From: an uncultured Acidimicrobiales bacterium | GTDB taxonomy: Bacteria; Actinomycetota; Acidimicrobiia; Acidimicrobiales; SZUA-35 | NCBI GenBank assembly: GCA_937922785.1 | Contig: CALAJQ010000016.1 | Span: 158,003-222,002 of the forward strand | Reading direction: 5' to 3' | Length of the DNA stretch: 64,000 bases | Shown: piece by piece, positions 45,290 through 54,387 of the stretch | Layout of the letters: each line of letters starts with the position of its first letter | Position numbering within the stretch: the first letter of the stretch is position 1 | The notes under the pieces: model-generated | The model's database searches: none | Told to the model about the DNA's origin: nothing | The model's input: the letters and a program-made list of their open reading frames with translations, nothing else | Program-made: the position numbers and the translations under genes

Positions 45290-46951
45290 ATGTCACGTCA
45301 AGGTTCTTCTTCCCGCCGCACGCTTAAGTTGCGTCCGTGGCAAAGAAAAGCCCTAGATGCGTACCAGGAATCACGGGAGCCAAACTTCTTGGCCGTGGCT
45401 ACCCCTGGTGCTGGAAAAACAACCTTTGCACTTACTGCGGCACGTCTAACTTTGCCGAGGCTCAGTGGCAGGTTGGTTGTTGTTGCGCCCACTCGGCACC
45501 TCAAGCACCAGTGGGCAAACGCTGCTGAAGAATTTGGCATCCACCTCGATACAGATTGGTCTCCGCTTCAGGGCTTACCGGCTGACTTGCACGGAATCGT
45601 GACCACCTACCAACAAGTTGCCACTTCGGCGCATGAGATCTCACAGATTGTCCGTGGAGGAATGGTAATTCTTGACGAAGTGCATCACGCTGGTGACGAA
45701 CTGGCTTGGGGCGACGGAGTCACTGCAGCCTTCAGCGAAGCGGCCAGACGTTTGACCTTGTCAGGCACGCCCTTCCGGAGCGACACCGCCAAGATTCCGT
45801 TTCTTACCTACGTCGGGGCTCAGGTGGTTCCCGATGTTGAGTACGGATACGGCGACGCCTTGGGTGATGGACGTGTGGTGCGGCCGGTTTTCTTTCCCAG
45901 ATACGGCGGACATATGGAGTGGACTGCGCCTGATGGTTCTGAAGTTGCCGCATCATTTGACGACGCTCTACCTCGAACGCTGGCCAACCAACGACTGAGA
46001 GCCGCATTGAGTCTTGAGGGCGAATGGCTGCCTACTGTTCTGCGCCACGCTCATGAACAGCTACTGCAGATCCGTCAGTCTCAACCTGATGCCGGGGGAC
46101 TGGTGATTGCGTCAGATCAGGATCACGCTCAGGCCATCGCTCGCTTGCTGAGAACGCGCTTTCACTCAAGGGCAACAGTTGCAGTGAGCGAAGACAGCGA
46201 CGCGTCCAACAAGATCACTCAGTTCTCCAACAGTTCTGATCCATGGATTGTCGCGGTCCGAATGGTTTCAGAAGGTGTGGATATTCCGAGACTTCGGGTG
46301 GGCGTGCACGCCACCACGACCACAACCGAGCTCTTCTTCCGCCAAGCTGTCGGGCGAATCGTTCGGTACACCGGCGGTCGAGGTAAGGCCTATATGTTCG
46401 TGCCTGACGATCCTCGGCTGAGACACTTCGCCAGCTCTATCGCTGAGACCCGACGACACAGGTTGGAGACGGCGCTGGATGATCGCGAGGAACGTGAGGC
46501 GCCAGAGCAACCAGTTGAAGACGATCAGCAACTATCGCTGTTTGCTGTTCACTCAGCTACGGCAATCGAAACCGATGTCGAAGACTTCGATCCGGAGGAC
46601 ATATTTGCTGACCATGAAGAGGGCGGCTTCGATGACGCTCCTCCGGTCGATGAGGACGATGCGGCCCTGATGATTGACCTGACTCTTTTGCCGCCGGTGG
46701 CCATTGCTGACCAGCAAAGTGGGCCAGTAAACAGCCGGGCCGAACGGGAAAGGTTGCGCAGTGTCAATTCTCAATGGGTCCGTGACCTGGTCACCGTTAC
46801 CGGATTGGGGCACGCCCAGATCAATGCGGAGTTGAATCGAATCTCAGGTGTCAAGAAGGTGTCAGAAGCTACCGTCCAGCAACTGGCGAGGCGGGCAAAG
46901 GGCGCTCAAGACTGGTTCGATAAGGAACGCAGACGCAGCTCCGTCCGCTAA
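45290..46951 (+). CDS. DEAD/DEAH-box superfamily 2 helicase
   Basis: LRPWQRKAL (Q-like), Walker A ATPGAGKT, DEVHH, LSGTPFRSD, VSEGVDIP, FRQAVGRIVR. Acidic linker and a basic C-terminal tail. Confidence 0.85.
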   Translation: MSRQGSSSRRTLKLRPWQRKALDAYQESREPNFLAVATPGAGKTTFALTAARLTLPRLSGRLVVVAPTRHLKHQWANAAEEFGIHLDTDWSPLQGLPADLHGIVTTYQQVATSAHEISQIVRGGMVILDEVHHAGDELAWGDGVTAAFSEAARRLTLSGTPFRSDTAKIPFLTYVGAQVVPDVEYGYGDALGDGRVVRPVFFPRYGGHMEWTAPDGSEVAASFDDALPRTLANQRLRAALSLEGEWLPTVLRHAHEQLLQIRQSQPDAGGLVIASDQDHAQAIARLLRTRFHSRATVAVSEDSDASNKITQFSNSSDPWIVAVRMVSEGVDIPRLRVGVHATTTTTELFFRQAVGRIVRYTGGRGKAYMFVPDDPRLRHFASSIAETRRHRLETALDDREEREAPEQPVEDDQQLSLFAVHSATAIETDVEDFDPEDIFADHEEGGFDDAPPVDEDDAALMIDLTLLPPVAIADQQSGPVNSRAERERLRSVNSQWVRDLVTVTGLGHAQINAELNRISGVKKVSEATVQQLARRAKGAQDWFDKERRRSSVR

Positions 46952-46971
46952 CGCCGTTCGACACCCCCATT

Positions 46972-47043
46972 CTGACCTGGGAAACCGCCACCAAATCTGT
47001 ACTGGCGGTGTAGCCAGTCAAACCCGGCGGTTTCCCAGGTCAG
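46972..47043. terminator. 18-bp perfect inverted repeat (bidirectional terminator candidate) between convergent genes
   Basis: CTGACCTGGGAAACCGCC (46972..46989) and GGCGGTTTCCCAGGTCAG (47026..47043) with a 36-nt loop that contains an alternative CCGCCA/TGGCGG stem. Confidence 0.6.
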
Positions 47044-47048
47044 TTGCA

Positions 47049-47101
47049 AATTGGTGACTGGTAGCCAGGTCGGTTCGGAATTGGTGGCTGGTAGCCAGGT
47101 C
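47049..47101. repeat. 23-nt unit repeated at a 30-nt period (AATTGGTGRCTGGTAGCCAGGTC)
   Basis: Units at 47049..47071 and 47079..47101 with one mismatch. The second overlaps the stop of the NadX-like gene. CCAGGTC(A/G)G recurs at 47035, 47065 and 47095, and inverted at 46972. Confidence 0.8.
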
Positions 47102-47915
47102 AGATCACGATGGGGGCTACGCGGTTTGTGATGCACCGGGCCAGACTGAGCGCGGCTAGCGCTGAAGTCTTGGGGTTGGCCGGCAATGGACTGTTGGCAA
47201 TTACTACTTCCATCTGGCCGAAGGGTCCCTTTGCCTTTAGTTCGTGCCGGTTGGTTGTTGCGTCCGGGTCAGCGACAAGAGTGATCTTGGTGGCTTGGGG
47301 GCCGATGCCAGCCAAAGCAGTGGTCATCGCAACGTTGGCGTTCTTGGGAAAGGCCGAGGCTGTTTCAGAAGCGTTAGCTGAATAGAAGGCGTCAGGCCTG
47401 CTTAGGGAATCCAAGTCACACAAATCTTCACCCAACGTGCCAAGCCAAGCTTTGGGCGGCTTAACGATTCGGTGTTCGACCGTGTCCACCCCCATCAGCT
47501 TCGCGGCGGCCAGCGCTTCAACTCCGGCTAAGGCTCCGGGCTGAATGATCACGCTGGAGTCGCCAACGATTGCATCATGGCGAAGTAATCGAAGTAGGTC
47601 GGCGTCGGCAAAGGCTGAAACTGAGGAGACTATGAAGTCGACACCGGCCGCCGCCGAGGCCTTGCCCCAGGGCTCAACACTGTCTCGGCCAGCAGCCTCA
47701 GCCACGACGTCTGGTCTACACGACACAAGCTCGGCCGGATCTGAAAGTAGTCGGGCACTGGCGGGCATGGCTGGTCGCTTAGCAGCGACATCTCGAACGG
47801 CAACCCCCACTATCTCAACCATTGAGGGGTCAAGCAGCCCGGCGACGGTCTGAGAAATTGCGCCCCAGCCGACCAATACCAAACGAGTGGGGGCGTCGGT
47901 CCGGCTAGCTGACAT
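47100..47915 (-). CDS. aspartate dehydrogenase (NadX) family protein
   Basis: VLVGWGAISQ N-terminal Rossmann. FPKNANVAMTTALAG...ADPDATTNRHEL..GPFG...NPKTSALAALS matches NadX C-terminal domain motifs. Confidence 0.75.
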   Translation of the reverse strand: MSASRTDAPTRLVLVGWGAISQTVAGLLDPSMVEIVGVAVRDVAAKRPAMPASARLLSDPAELVSCRPDVVAEAAGRDSVEPWGKASAAAGVDFIVSSVSAFADADLLRLLRHDAIVGDSSVIIQPGALAGVEALAAAKLMGVDTVEHRIVKPPKAWLGTLGEDLCDLDSLSRPDAFYSANASETASAFPKNANVAMTTALAGIGPQATKITLVADPDATTNRHELKAKGPFGQMEVVIANSPLPANPKTSALAALSLARCITNRVAPIVI

Positions 47916-47918
47916 GGG

Positions 47919-48872
47919 TCAGACCTGAAGACCGCATTGTTCAAACGCCTCGCGGGTAGTCGCTTTTTCTTGGTCCGTGAGCTCCAACAGTGGGAAGCGA
48001 ACTGCACCTCCTACTTGGCCGAGGAGCTCTTGCCAATATTTCTGGTGCGAGTGAGGTTTCTCGGCAGGTCGAGTTCCCCAAAGCGCCTCACGGACGGGGT
48101 CGAGACTGCGGCTTATTGCCTTGGCCTCATCGGCGTTGCCGGCAAAGGCAGCTTGGGTGTAGTCGTGCATCCGTCGATCCTTGGCGCTTTGTAACAAGAA
48201 CGGCGGAGACGAACACAAGTAGAGCTTCCAATTGAGTTCAAGGATGTTGTCAAGCCATTCTGGTTCTGACGCTGTGCTTACCTGGATGCGGTCAGAAGCC
48301 AGCCTGGTTAGCTCTGAATACATCGAACGTTCAACGCTGTACTTGATTGCCACAACGTTCTCAAGGTCGGCGAGCCGGTTGCATAGCTCGGGTGTCATCA
48401 GATAGCCGCTTGCGGGATGGCTCCAAAGAGCAATTCCGATGTCGACACTGTCGGAGATCTTCTTGTAGTAGCGAAGTAGGGTCTCGTCATATTCGGTGAA
48501 AAAGTGAAGCGCCGGAGCGTGAACCACTATGTAATCTGCTCCACACGTTTCAGCGTGGCGAGCTAGATCGATGACCACATCCAGATTCTGGTCTGAGCAT
48601 GACATGATCGTGTGGCCGTGATCGCCGGTGGCTTCAACGGCCAGTTCGAATGAGCGTTTGCGTTCTTCGATGCTCATCGAGAAGAACTCGCCCTGTTTGC
48701 CAGACACAAACAGGCCTTCGATTCCCAGTTCTTGAGTCCAGTGCCGGACGTTCTCGGCAAAGCCTTCTTCGTCGATTCGATGGTCCTGGGTAAAGGGCAT
48801 AAGCGCCGCCGCCCAGATGCCTTTCATATTCTCGCGGGCGTAATCTTTCGCACCGCTTCGGGTGTAGTCCAT
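47919..48872 (-). CDS. dihydrodipicolinate synthase/N-acetylneuraminate lyase family (class I aldolase/dehydratase)
   Basis: DapA-family layout with the Schiff-base Lys context VVAIKYS and GLFVSGKQGEF. Confidence 0.75.
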   Translation of the reverse strand: MDYTRSGAKDYARENMKGIWAAALMPFTQDHRIDEEGFAENVRHWTQELGIEGLFVSGKQGEFFSMSIEERKRSFELAVEATGDHGHTIMSCSDQNLDVVIDLARHAETCGADYIVVHAPALHFFTEYDETLLRYYKKISDSVDIGIALWSHPASGYLMTPELCNRLADLENVVAIKYSVERSMYSELTRLASDRIQVSTASEPEWLDNILELNWKLYLCSSPPFLLQSAKDRRMHDYTQAAFAGNADEAKAISRSLDPVREALWGTRPAEKPHSHQKYWQELLGQVGGAVRFPLLELTDQEKATTREAFEQCGLQV

Positions 48873-48902
48873 TAGAGGTCCTTACTCCTTAATAAGTACT
48901 GG

Positions 48903-50339
48903 TCAAACGATCGAGACGCTGTGGGACACGTTTTTTACAACTGTGTAGTGGGCAAGGCCCTCGGCTCCGCCTTCGCGGCCATAGCCGCTTGACTTGACAC
49001 CGCCGAAGGGCGTCTCCGGAAGTGACGCTTCCAAGGTGTTAATAGACAGGTTGCCTGCCTCGACCTTGTCAACCATTCGGTCGGCGTAGTCGGCCCTGTT
49101 GGTGAAGCCATAGGCAGCCAGGCCATATGGCACAGAGTTAGCCCGCTCGATCGCCGTGTCTAGGGAGTCCACCGAGTTGACGATTGCAAGAGGTCCGAAC
49201 GGCTCCTCTTGCATGACTCGCGCATGGTCCGGGACGTTGGCCAACACGGTTGGTTCAAAGAAATATCCGGTTGAGCCGATTCGGTGGCCGCCGGTCATCA
49301 GGTCTGCTCCGCATTCGGTGGCGTCGTTTACCAGCGCCGACATCGCGGCGAGCCTTCGCTCATTTGCCACTGGCCCCATCTCAATACCTGACTCCATGCC
49401 ATCACCCACGATGGTTTCGGCCGCTCGTTTTGTGAAGACATCAAGAAACTGTTCAAAGATGCTGTCGTGCACAAAGAACCGTGTGGGCGACGTGCACACC
49501 TGCCCTGCATTGCGCATTTTGCGGATCGCCGAAGAGATAGCAGCGGCTTCGACGTCTGTGTCTTCACAGACAATCACCGGGGCGTGTCCACCCAGCTCCA
49601 TGAGGACGGGCGTCATGTGGTTTGAAGCAAGCCCGGTCAGGTGTCGTCCGACAGCTGTGGAACCAGTGAAGGCCACAAGTTTCACTTCGTCAGCAGGAAT
49701 CAGGTGGTCAGAGATGTCCGCCGGTATTCCGAACACGAGGTTAAGTACACCGGGAGGAAGTCCAACGTCGTGGAACGCCTGAACGATGTGCATTGCTCCA
49801 GCCGGGGTCTCCTCGGCCGCTTTCAAGATGATCGAACAACCCGATGCCACCGCACCGGCAATCTTTCGCGCTGGCTGGCTCATCGGGAAGTTCCAAGGGG
49901 AGAATGCCGCCACCGGACCGATTGGCTGATGATGAACTATGTACTTCACGCCTGGAGCGCTCGGGATAACCCGTCCGTAAGTGCGGGTTGCTTCGCCGGC
50001 ATCCCATTCGAAGAACTCACACCCGCGGATTACTTCAAGCTGCGCCTGACTGAAAGGCTTGCCGTGTTCGAGTGTTATCGAGTGTGCAATTTCGTCCTGG
50101 CGTTGACGAAGAAGGGCGGATGCCTCGCGAACTAAATCGGCCCGATGCTTCGGTGAGGTCTGGCTCCAGACGCCGAACCCTTCGTGGGCAGCGGCTAGCG
50201 CGTCTTCCAAGTCTTGGGGCTGGGCAATTGGGAAGCGGCCGATTTCTTTCTCGGTGGCTGGGTTGATGACAGGGCCGTCACTTGCGGCGGTCCGCCAAGA
50301 ACCGTTGATGTACATCTTTAGTTCGGGGTATCGCATCAT
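48903..50339 (-). CDS. NAD(P)-dependent aldehyde dehydrogenase
   Basis: FSPWNFP, FTGSTAVG, ELGGHAP and catalytic Cys in NAGQVCTSP. Start placed at MMRYPELKMYINGSW (AAAGGA 8 nt upstream). The track ORF start 50399 overlaps the TDO gene. Confidence 0.88.
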   Translation of the reverse strand: MMRYPELKMYINGSWRTAASDGPVINPATEKEIGRFPIAQPQDLEDALAAAHEGFGVWSQTSPKHRADLVREASALLRQRQDEIAHSITLEHGKPFSQAQLEVIRGCEFFEWDAGEATRTYGRVIPSAPGVKYIVHHQPIGPVAAFSPWNFPMSQPARKIAGAVASGCSIILKAAEETPAGAMHIVQAFHDVGLPPGVLNLVFGIPADISDHLIPADEVKLVAFTGSTAVGRHLTGLASNHMTPVLMELGGHAPVIVCEDTDVEAAAISSAIRKMRNAGQVCTSPTRFFVHDSIFEQFLDVFTKRAAETIVGDGMESGIEMGPVANERRLAAMSALVNDATECGADLMTGGHRIGSTGYFFEPTVLANVPDHARVMQEEPFGPLAIVNSVDSLDTAIERANSVPYGLAAYGFTNRADYADRMVDKVEAGNLSINTLEASLPETPFGGVKSSGYGREGGAEGLAHYTVVKNVSHSVSIV

Positions 50340-50374
50340 TGGTAACAGCTGTCCTTTCGGGGGAGGGGCATGAA

Positions 50375-51187
50375 TTAGAAGGCCGTCCGGATGGCCCAAA
50401 GGTCGGGGAATGCAGGTCGGAAGAGTGTGGTTTGCAGGTAGGCCGCTCCGTCGGAGCCGCCGGTGCCGGGCTTAGTTCCGATAGTGCGGCGCACCATCAT
50501 CACGTGTCGGTAACGCCACTCTTGGAGACCTTCGTCGAGGTCAGTCAAGGTCTCACAAAGGCCAGCGAAAGCTTCGTCGCTGTATCGCTCGACGATGCTG
50601 GCTTGGACTACTGGGTTCGGGGTTATTGGCTCACGAACATCGCGGTCTAGAACCTCGTTGGGCACCGCAAAGCCCTCACGGTGCATCAGGTGTACAAACG
50701 CGTCCCACAAGGTTGGTTCTTCGTATCGTCGTGTGAGTCGTTCACCCTCGTCACCCACAAACCACTCGATCTGAATTCGGTCCTTTATCCCTAGAACAAA
50801 TTCCAGTTCGCGGAATTGAGCCGATTGAAATCCACTTGCGTTGGCGAGAAAGTTGCGAAAGCTTGCAAACTCAGCAGGGGTCATGGTCTCCAGAACATCA
50901 AGCTGGCCAACTAGAGTTTTCATGATCTTTAGAACACGCTTCAGGTGGCTTTGAGCCGCACCGATCTTGTGGTCGTTGAGCATCCCAACGATGTAGTCGA
51001 CCTCGTGCAGAATTTGCTTGAACCAGAGTTCGTACACCTGGTGGATGATTATGAAGAGCGTTTCGTCGTGTTCTGGCTTGTTGCTGTCTGGGTCTAATGA
51101 GACGCACTGTTGAAGTGACAGCAGTTCGCCAATTCTGAGATAGCTGCCGTACGTGAAGTCGTCTTTGTTTTCGAATGGAAGGCTCAT
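50375..51187 (-). CDS. kynA: tryptophan 2,3-dioxygenase
   Basis: TYGSYLRIGELLSLQQ, HDETLFIIIHQVYELWFKQILHE, RRTIGTKPGTGGS. Start at MSLPFEN. A longer start at 51250 would overlap the KMO gene by 41 nt. Confidence 0.9.
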   Translation of the reverse strand: MSLPFENKDDFTYGSYLRIGELLSLQQCVSLDPDSNKPEHDETLFIIIHQVYELWFKQILHEVDYIVGMLNDHKIGAAQSHLKRVLKIMKTLVGQLDVLETMTPAEFASFRNFLANASGFQSAQFRELEFVLGIKDRIQIEWFVGDEGERLTRRYEEPTLWDAFVHLMHREGFAVPNEVLDRDVREPITPNPVVQASIVERYSDEAFAGLCETLTDLDEGLQEWRYRHVMMVRRTIGTKPGTGGSDGAAYLQTTLFRPAFPDLWAIRTAF

Positions 51188-51209
51188 AGTTTTTCTCGGG
51201 ATGGATTGA

Positions 51210-52559
51210 TCATGAGGTTGAAAGGGCTTCGGGATCGGCCAGAGGGTCAAGCTGAGGAAGGACAGGCAGCCCCGAAACCAGCTGGTCGACGTCGAGTGTG
51301 GGATCAGCGATTGTGTCGGCGATGAGCTTGGCTTGGGCTTCTGCTCGGGACTGGGCTTCGGAGTAAGGCATTGTCGAAAACATCACCATGTTGTAGCGAG
51401 GGCTTAGATGCTCGGGGTGGCGTTGTTCCAGCTCGAGGGCTAAAGCTCGCTTAGTCAAATAGTCTGGATCAATCACCCCGGAGCGCATCTCGACGTAGTT
51501 CTGTAGCGCCATGGCGGCGATTGCGTCGGCGTCGGGTTTGCGCTGGGCCTCATAGCGCTGGAACGCGCCGGCGATGTCACCTGGAGTTTCGGCGAGGTGA
51601 CGGTGAAGTAGCCGAGCCGATTCCATGGCAGCATTCATGCCTTGCCCGTGGAACGGAACTATTGCGTGGGCGGCGTCACCGACCAACACAGCTTTGTCCT
51701 GGTAGCTCCAGCCGGTGGCCCGCATCGTGCCCAGCGGGCCTGTTGGGTTCTCTAGAAACTGGTCAGCCAGGTCGGGAACGAGGGCAGCAAAGTCGGCGAA
51801 CTCGCCACCAAAGAATGAGTTGATCTGATCGTGGTTTGTCAGGTCATCGAATGTGGGTGTGGGGGCGAAGAGCGTAACTGTGAAGTCGCCTTCGGGATTA
51901 GCGAGAGCGATCAGCATGAACTCTCCACGAGGCCAGATATGGAGCGCATGCGGATCAAGCATGTGGCCGCCGTCAGTTGCTGGAGGCAGCGTCAGTTCTT
52001 TGTAGGAATGATCCAGCCATTCGGTCTCGAACTCACAAGCACCTTTTGCTGCGATCGCCTTGCGCACTCGGGACCCAGCTCCATCTGCCCCGTAGATAAC
52101 ATAAAATGGCTCAGTCCGACCGCCGACGAAATGGATGATTGACTGGTCAAGATCAACCGATTCAATACGGGCCTCGAACTCAATGGTGACTTGCCCAGTT
52201 GCCTCCGCTGCATCTAACAAGATGGCGTTGAGGTCGGTTCGAGACACGGAATGAATTACTTCATGAGTCTTGGTGCCGTAAGGCTGGAGATCCGGCGTTG
52301 GGTCGCCAACGGCGTGGACCATTCGCCCCTTCATTGGGATGGTTATGGCATCAACCTGTTCGATCACTCCAACGTCGATGAGGGGGACTATGCCCCTAGT
52401 TGCGAGCGCCAGGTTGATTGAGCGGCCGGCGTCGATATCGGTGCGGCGCAGATCCGGTCGGCTTTCATACATCGTCACTTCGTGGCCTTGGCGGGCAAGG
52501 TAGATAGCAAGCAGTGAACCGGCCTGTCCTGCGCCAGCAACAACAATCGGCCCGCTCAT
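51210..52559 (-). CDS. kmo: kynurenine 3-monooxygenase (FAD-dependent)
   Basis: VVAGAGQAGSLLA, GRSINLALATRG, PMKGRMVH, GDAAHAIVPFHGQGMN. ATGA overlap with the kynureninase stop. Confidence 0.88.
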   Translation of the reverse strand: MSGPIVVAGAGQAGSLLAIYLARQGHEVTMYESRPDLRRTDIDAGRSINLALATRGIVPLIDVGVIEQVDAITIPMKGRMVHAVGDPTPDLQPYGTKTHEVIHSVSRTDLNAILLDAAEATGQVTIEFEARIESVDLDQSIIHFVGGRTEPFYVIYGADGAGSRVRKAIAAKGACEFETEWLDHSYKELTLPPATDGGHMLDPHALHIWPRGEFMLIALANPEGDFTVTLFAPTPTFDDLTNHDQINSFFGGEFADFAALVPDLADQFLENPTGPLGTMRATGWSYQDKAVLVGDAAHAIVPFHGQGMNAAMESARLLHRHLAETPGDIAGAFQRYEAQRKPDADAIAAMALQNYVEMRSGVIDPDYLTKRALALELEQRHPEHLSPRYNMVMFSTMPYSEAQSRAEAQAKLIADTIADPTLDVDQLVSGLPVLPQLDPLADPEALSTS

Positions 52560-53800
52560 ATGACTATCTCGTCAAGGATTTGAACGAAGCGTTCGATATC
52601 GGCGAAAGAGTTGTACAAAGGCACAGGTGCCACACGGATGACGTCGGGCTCTCGCCAATCACAAAGAACACGAGCTTCTGCCAATTCCTCATAGACACGT
52701 TTGCCGTCGCCATTGGTGACCCGAAGTGCGTATTGGCAGCCCCTTTGGTTCATCGCACTTGGGGTGATGTTCTGAACTCGGGCTCCAAGGGTTTCAGCCA
52801 AGATGCGGTCGAAGTAGGTGATCTGTAGTTCCGACTTTTGCCGCATCGCAGGTACGCCGCCCGCTGCAGTGATGATGTCTAGGGAGGCCCGCAACGCCGC
52901 CATCGGAAGGATTGGTGCGTTCGAAAGTTGCCACGACTCGACCGTCTGAATGGCCTCAAAGGTAGTGGCCATCTCGAACCGGCTGGAGGCTTCGGTGCCC
53001 CACCAACCCAAGAACTTGGGGAGTTCCTGATCTGCGATGTGGCGTTCGTGAACAAACGCTCCCGCCACTCCTCCCGGTCCGCTGTTGAGGTATTTGTAGG
53101 TGCACCAGGCGGCGAAGTCAACGTCCCAATCGTGAAGGGAGAGTTCAACGTTTCCGACCGCGTGTGCCAGATCGAAACCGACTACTGCGCCTACGTCGTG
53201 GCCGGCCTGGACAATGTCGGCCATCGGCAAGACTTGGCCTGTGTAGTACTGCACACCCGGAAGCAAAACCAGCGCCAGCTCATCACCGTGGGTCGCAATG
53301 GCACTCAAGATGTCTTCGGGTCTCAGTGTCTCCTCTCGGTCCCTGGGTGAGATCAGCACCAGCGATTCAGATGGATTGAAACCTCTCTGGGCAATTTGAG
53401 ATTCAGCAGCGAAATGATCGGACGGGAAGGCGTGGTCTTCGATCAGGATCTTGTGTCGCTTTGCCGTTGGTCGGTAAAAGCTGACCATCATGAGATGGAG
53501 GTTGACAGTGAGGCCGTTCATAGCAACGACTTCTTCAGACCGGGCGCCAGTAATCGAAGCGAACTGGTCGGTAAGTAACCCGTGGTAGTCCTTCCACGCC
53601 AGCTTGCCAGTGAAGTGGCCTTCAACTCCCAGCGCGGCCCAACGGTCAAGCTCTTCGGTTACGTAGTCTCGAGTGGCCTTGGGCATGGCGCCCAGCGAGT
53701 TGCCGACGAGGTAGATGCCATCGGGTATCTCAAATTCTGATCGAAAGTGTGCCAGCGGGTCAGCAGCGTCTAGTTCGGTGGCGGTCAAAAACTCGGTCAC
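52556..53800 (-). CDS. kynU: kynureninase
   Basis: YLVGNSLGAMPK, NGLTVNLHLMMVSFYRP, WCTYKYLNSGPG (PLP Lys context). GTGA overlap with the HAAO stop. Confidence 0.9.
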   Translation of the reverse strand: MTEFLTATELDAADPLAHFRSEFEIPDGIYLVGNSLGAMPKATRDYVTEELDRWAALGVEGHFTGKLAWKDYHGLLTDQFASITGARSEEVVAMNGLTVNLHLMMVSFYRPTAKRHKILIEDHAFPSDHFAAESQIAQRGFNPSESLVLISPRDREETLRPEDILSAIATHGDELALVLLPGVQYYTGQVLPMADIVQAGHDVGAVVGFDLAHAVGNVELSLHDWDVDFAAWCTYKYLNSGPGGVAGAFVHERHIADQELPKFLGWWGTEASSRFEMATTFEAIQTVESWQLSNAPILPMAALRASLDIITAAGGVPAMRQKSELQITYFDRILAETLGARVQNITPSAMNQRGCQYALRVTNGDGKRVYEELAEARVLCDWREPDVIRVAPVPLYNSFADIERFVQILDEIVI

Positions 53801-54387
53801 AGACGTCCGGCTTTCCCCGGATGCACGGTCTCACAATGTGGACAGGTTCTGGCTGCCTCGTCTGCTTCGAACGCAGCGAATAGAGGTGGCAGATCCCTGT
53901 CTATCGCTTGCACCTGAAGCTCGACCCGATGCACCAAGTTCGAGCAGTTAGGGCATGCCCATTCGAAGCCGTCTAGTTCGCCAATGTCGCGTGCGTATTC
54001 AACAACAAGGCCAATCGAGTCTGGGTCTGGGCGCTGGGGCGAGTGTCGGAGGTGAGGGGGAAGCAGGTAGACCTCACCCTCGCGAATGGGCATGTCGTGA
54101 GGTTCAGAGCCATGGTCGGGCCAGATGACCAAGTTCATGTCGCCCCTTATTTGGAAGAAGAATTCCTCACGCGGATCATCGTGGAAATCGACCCGCTCAT
54201 TGCCGCCGCCAACGATCATGATGATCATGTCGGCCTCGCGCCAGATCTGTTTGTTGGAAACCGGGGGAGTGAGCTCTTCGCGGTGGTCCTCGATCCACTT
54301 CATCAAGTTGAAGGGCCGACGGGCTGCGGGGTCGGCTGGATCGTATTTGGGCATCGCTGGTGTCTCGTTTTGGTGGCTATCCGGCAC
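53797..54387 (-). CDS. nbaC: 3-hydroxyanthranilate 3,4-dioxygenase
   Basis: Cupin core VGGGNERVDFHDDPREEFFFQIRGDM, PPHLRHSPQR and a C-terminal CPNC...CPHC rubredoxin-like site. GTG 54387 is preceded by GAGGAG at 7 nt. Confidence 0.88.
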   Translation of the reverse strand: MPDSHQNETPAMPKYDPADPAARRPFNLMKWIEDHREELTPPVSNKQIWREADMIIMIVGGGNERVDFHDDPREEFFFQIRGDMNLVIWPDHGSEPHDMPIREGEVYLLPPHLRHSPQRPDPDSIGLVVEYARDIGELDGFEWACPNCSNLVHRVELQVQAIDRDLPPLFAAFEADEAARTCPHCETVHPGKAGRL

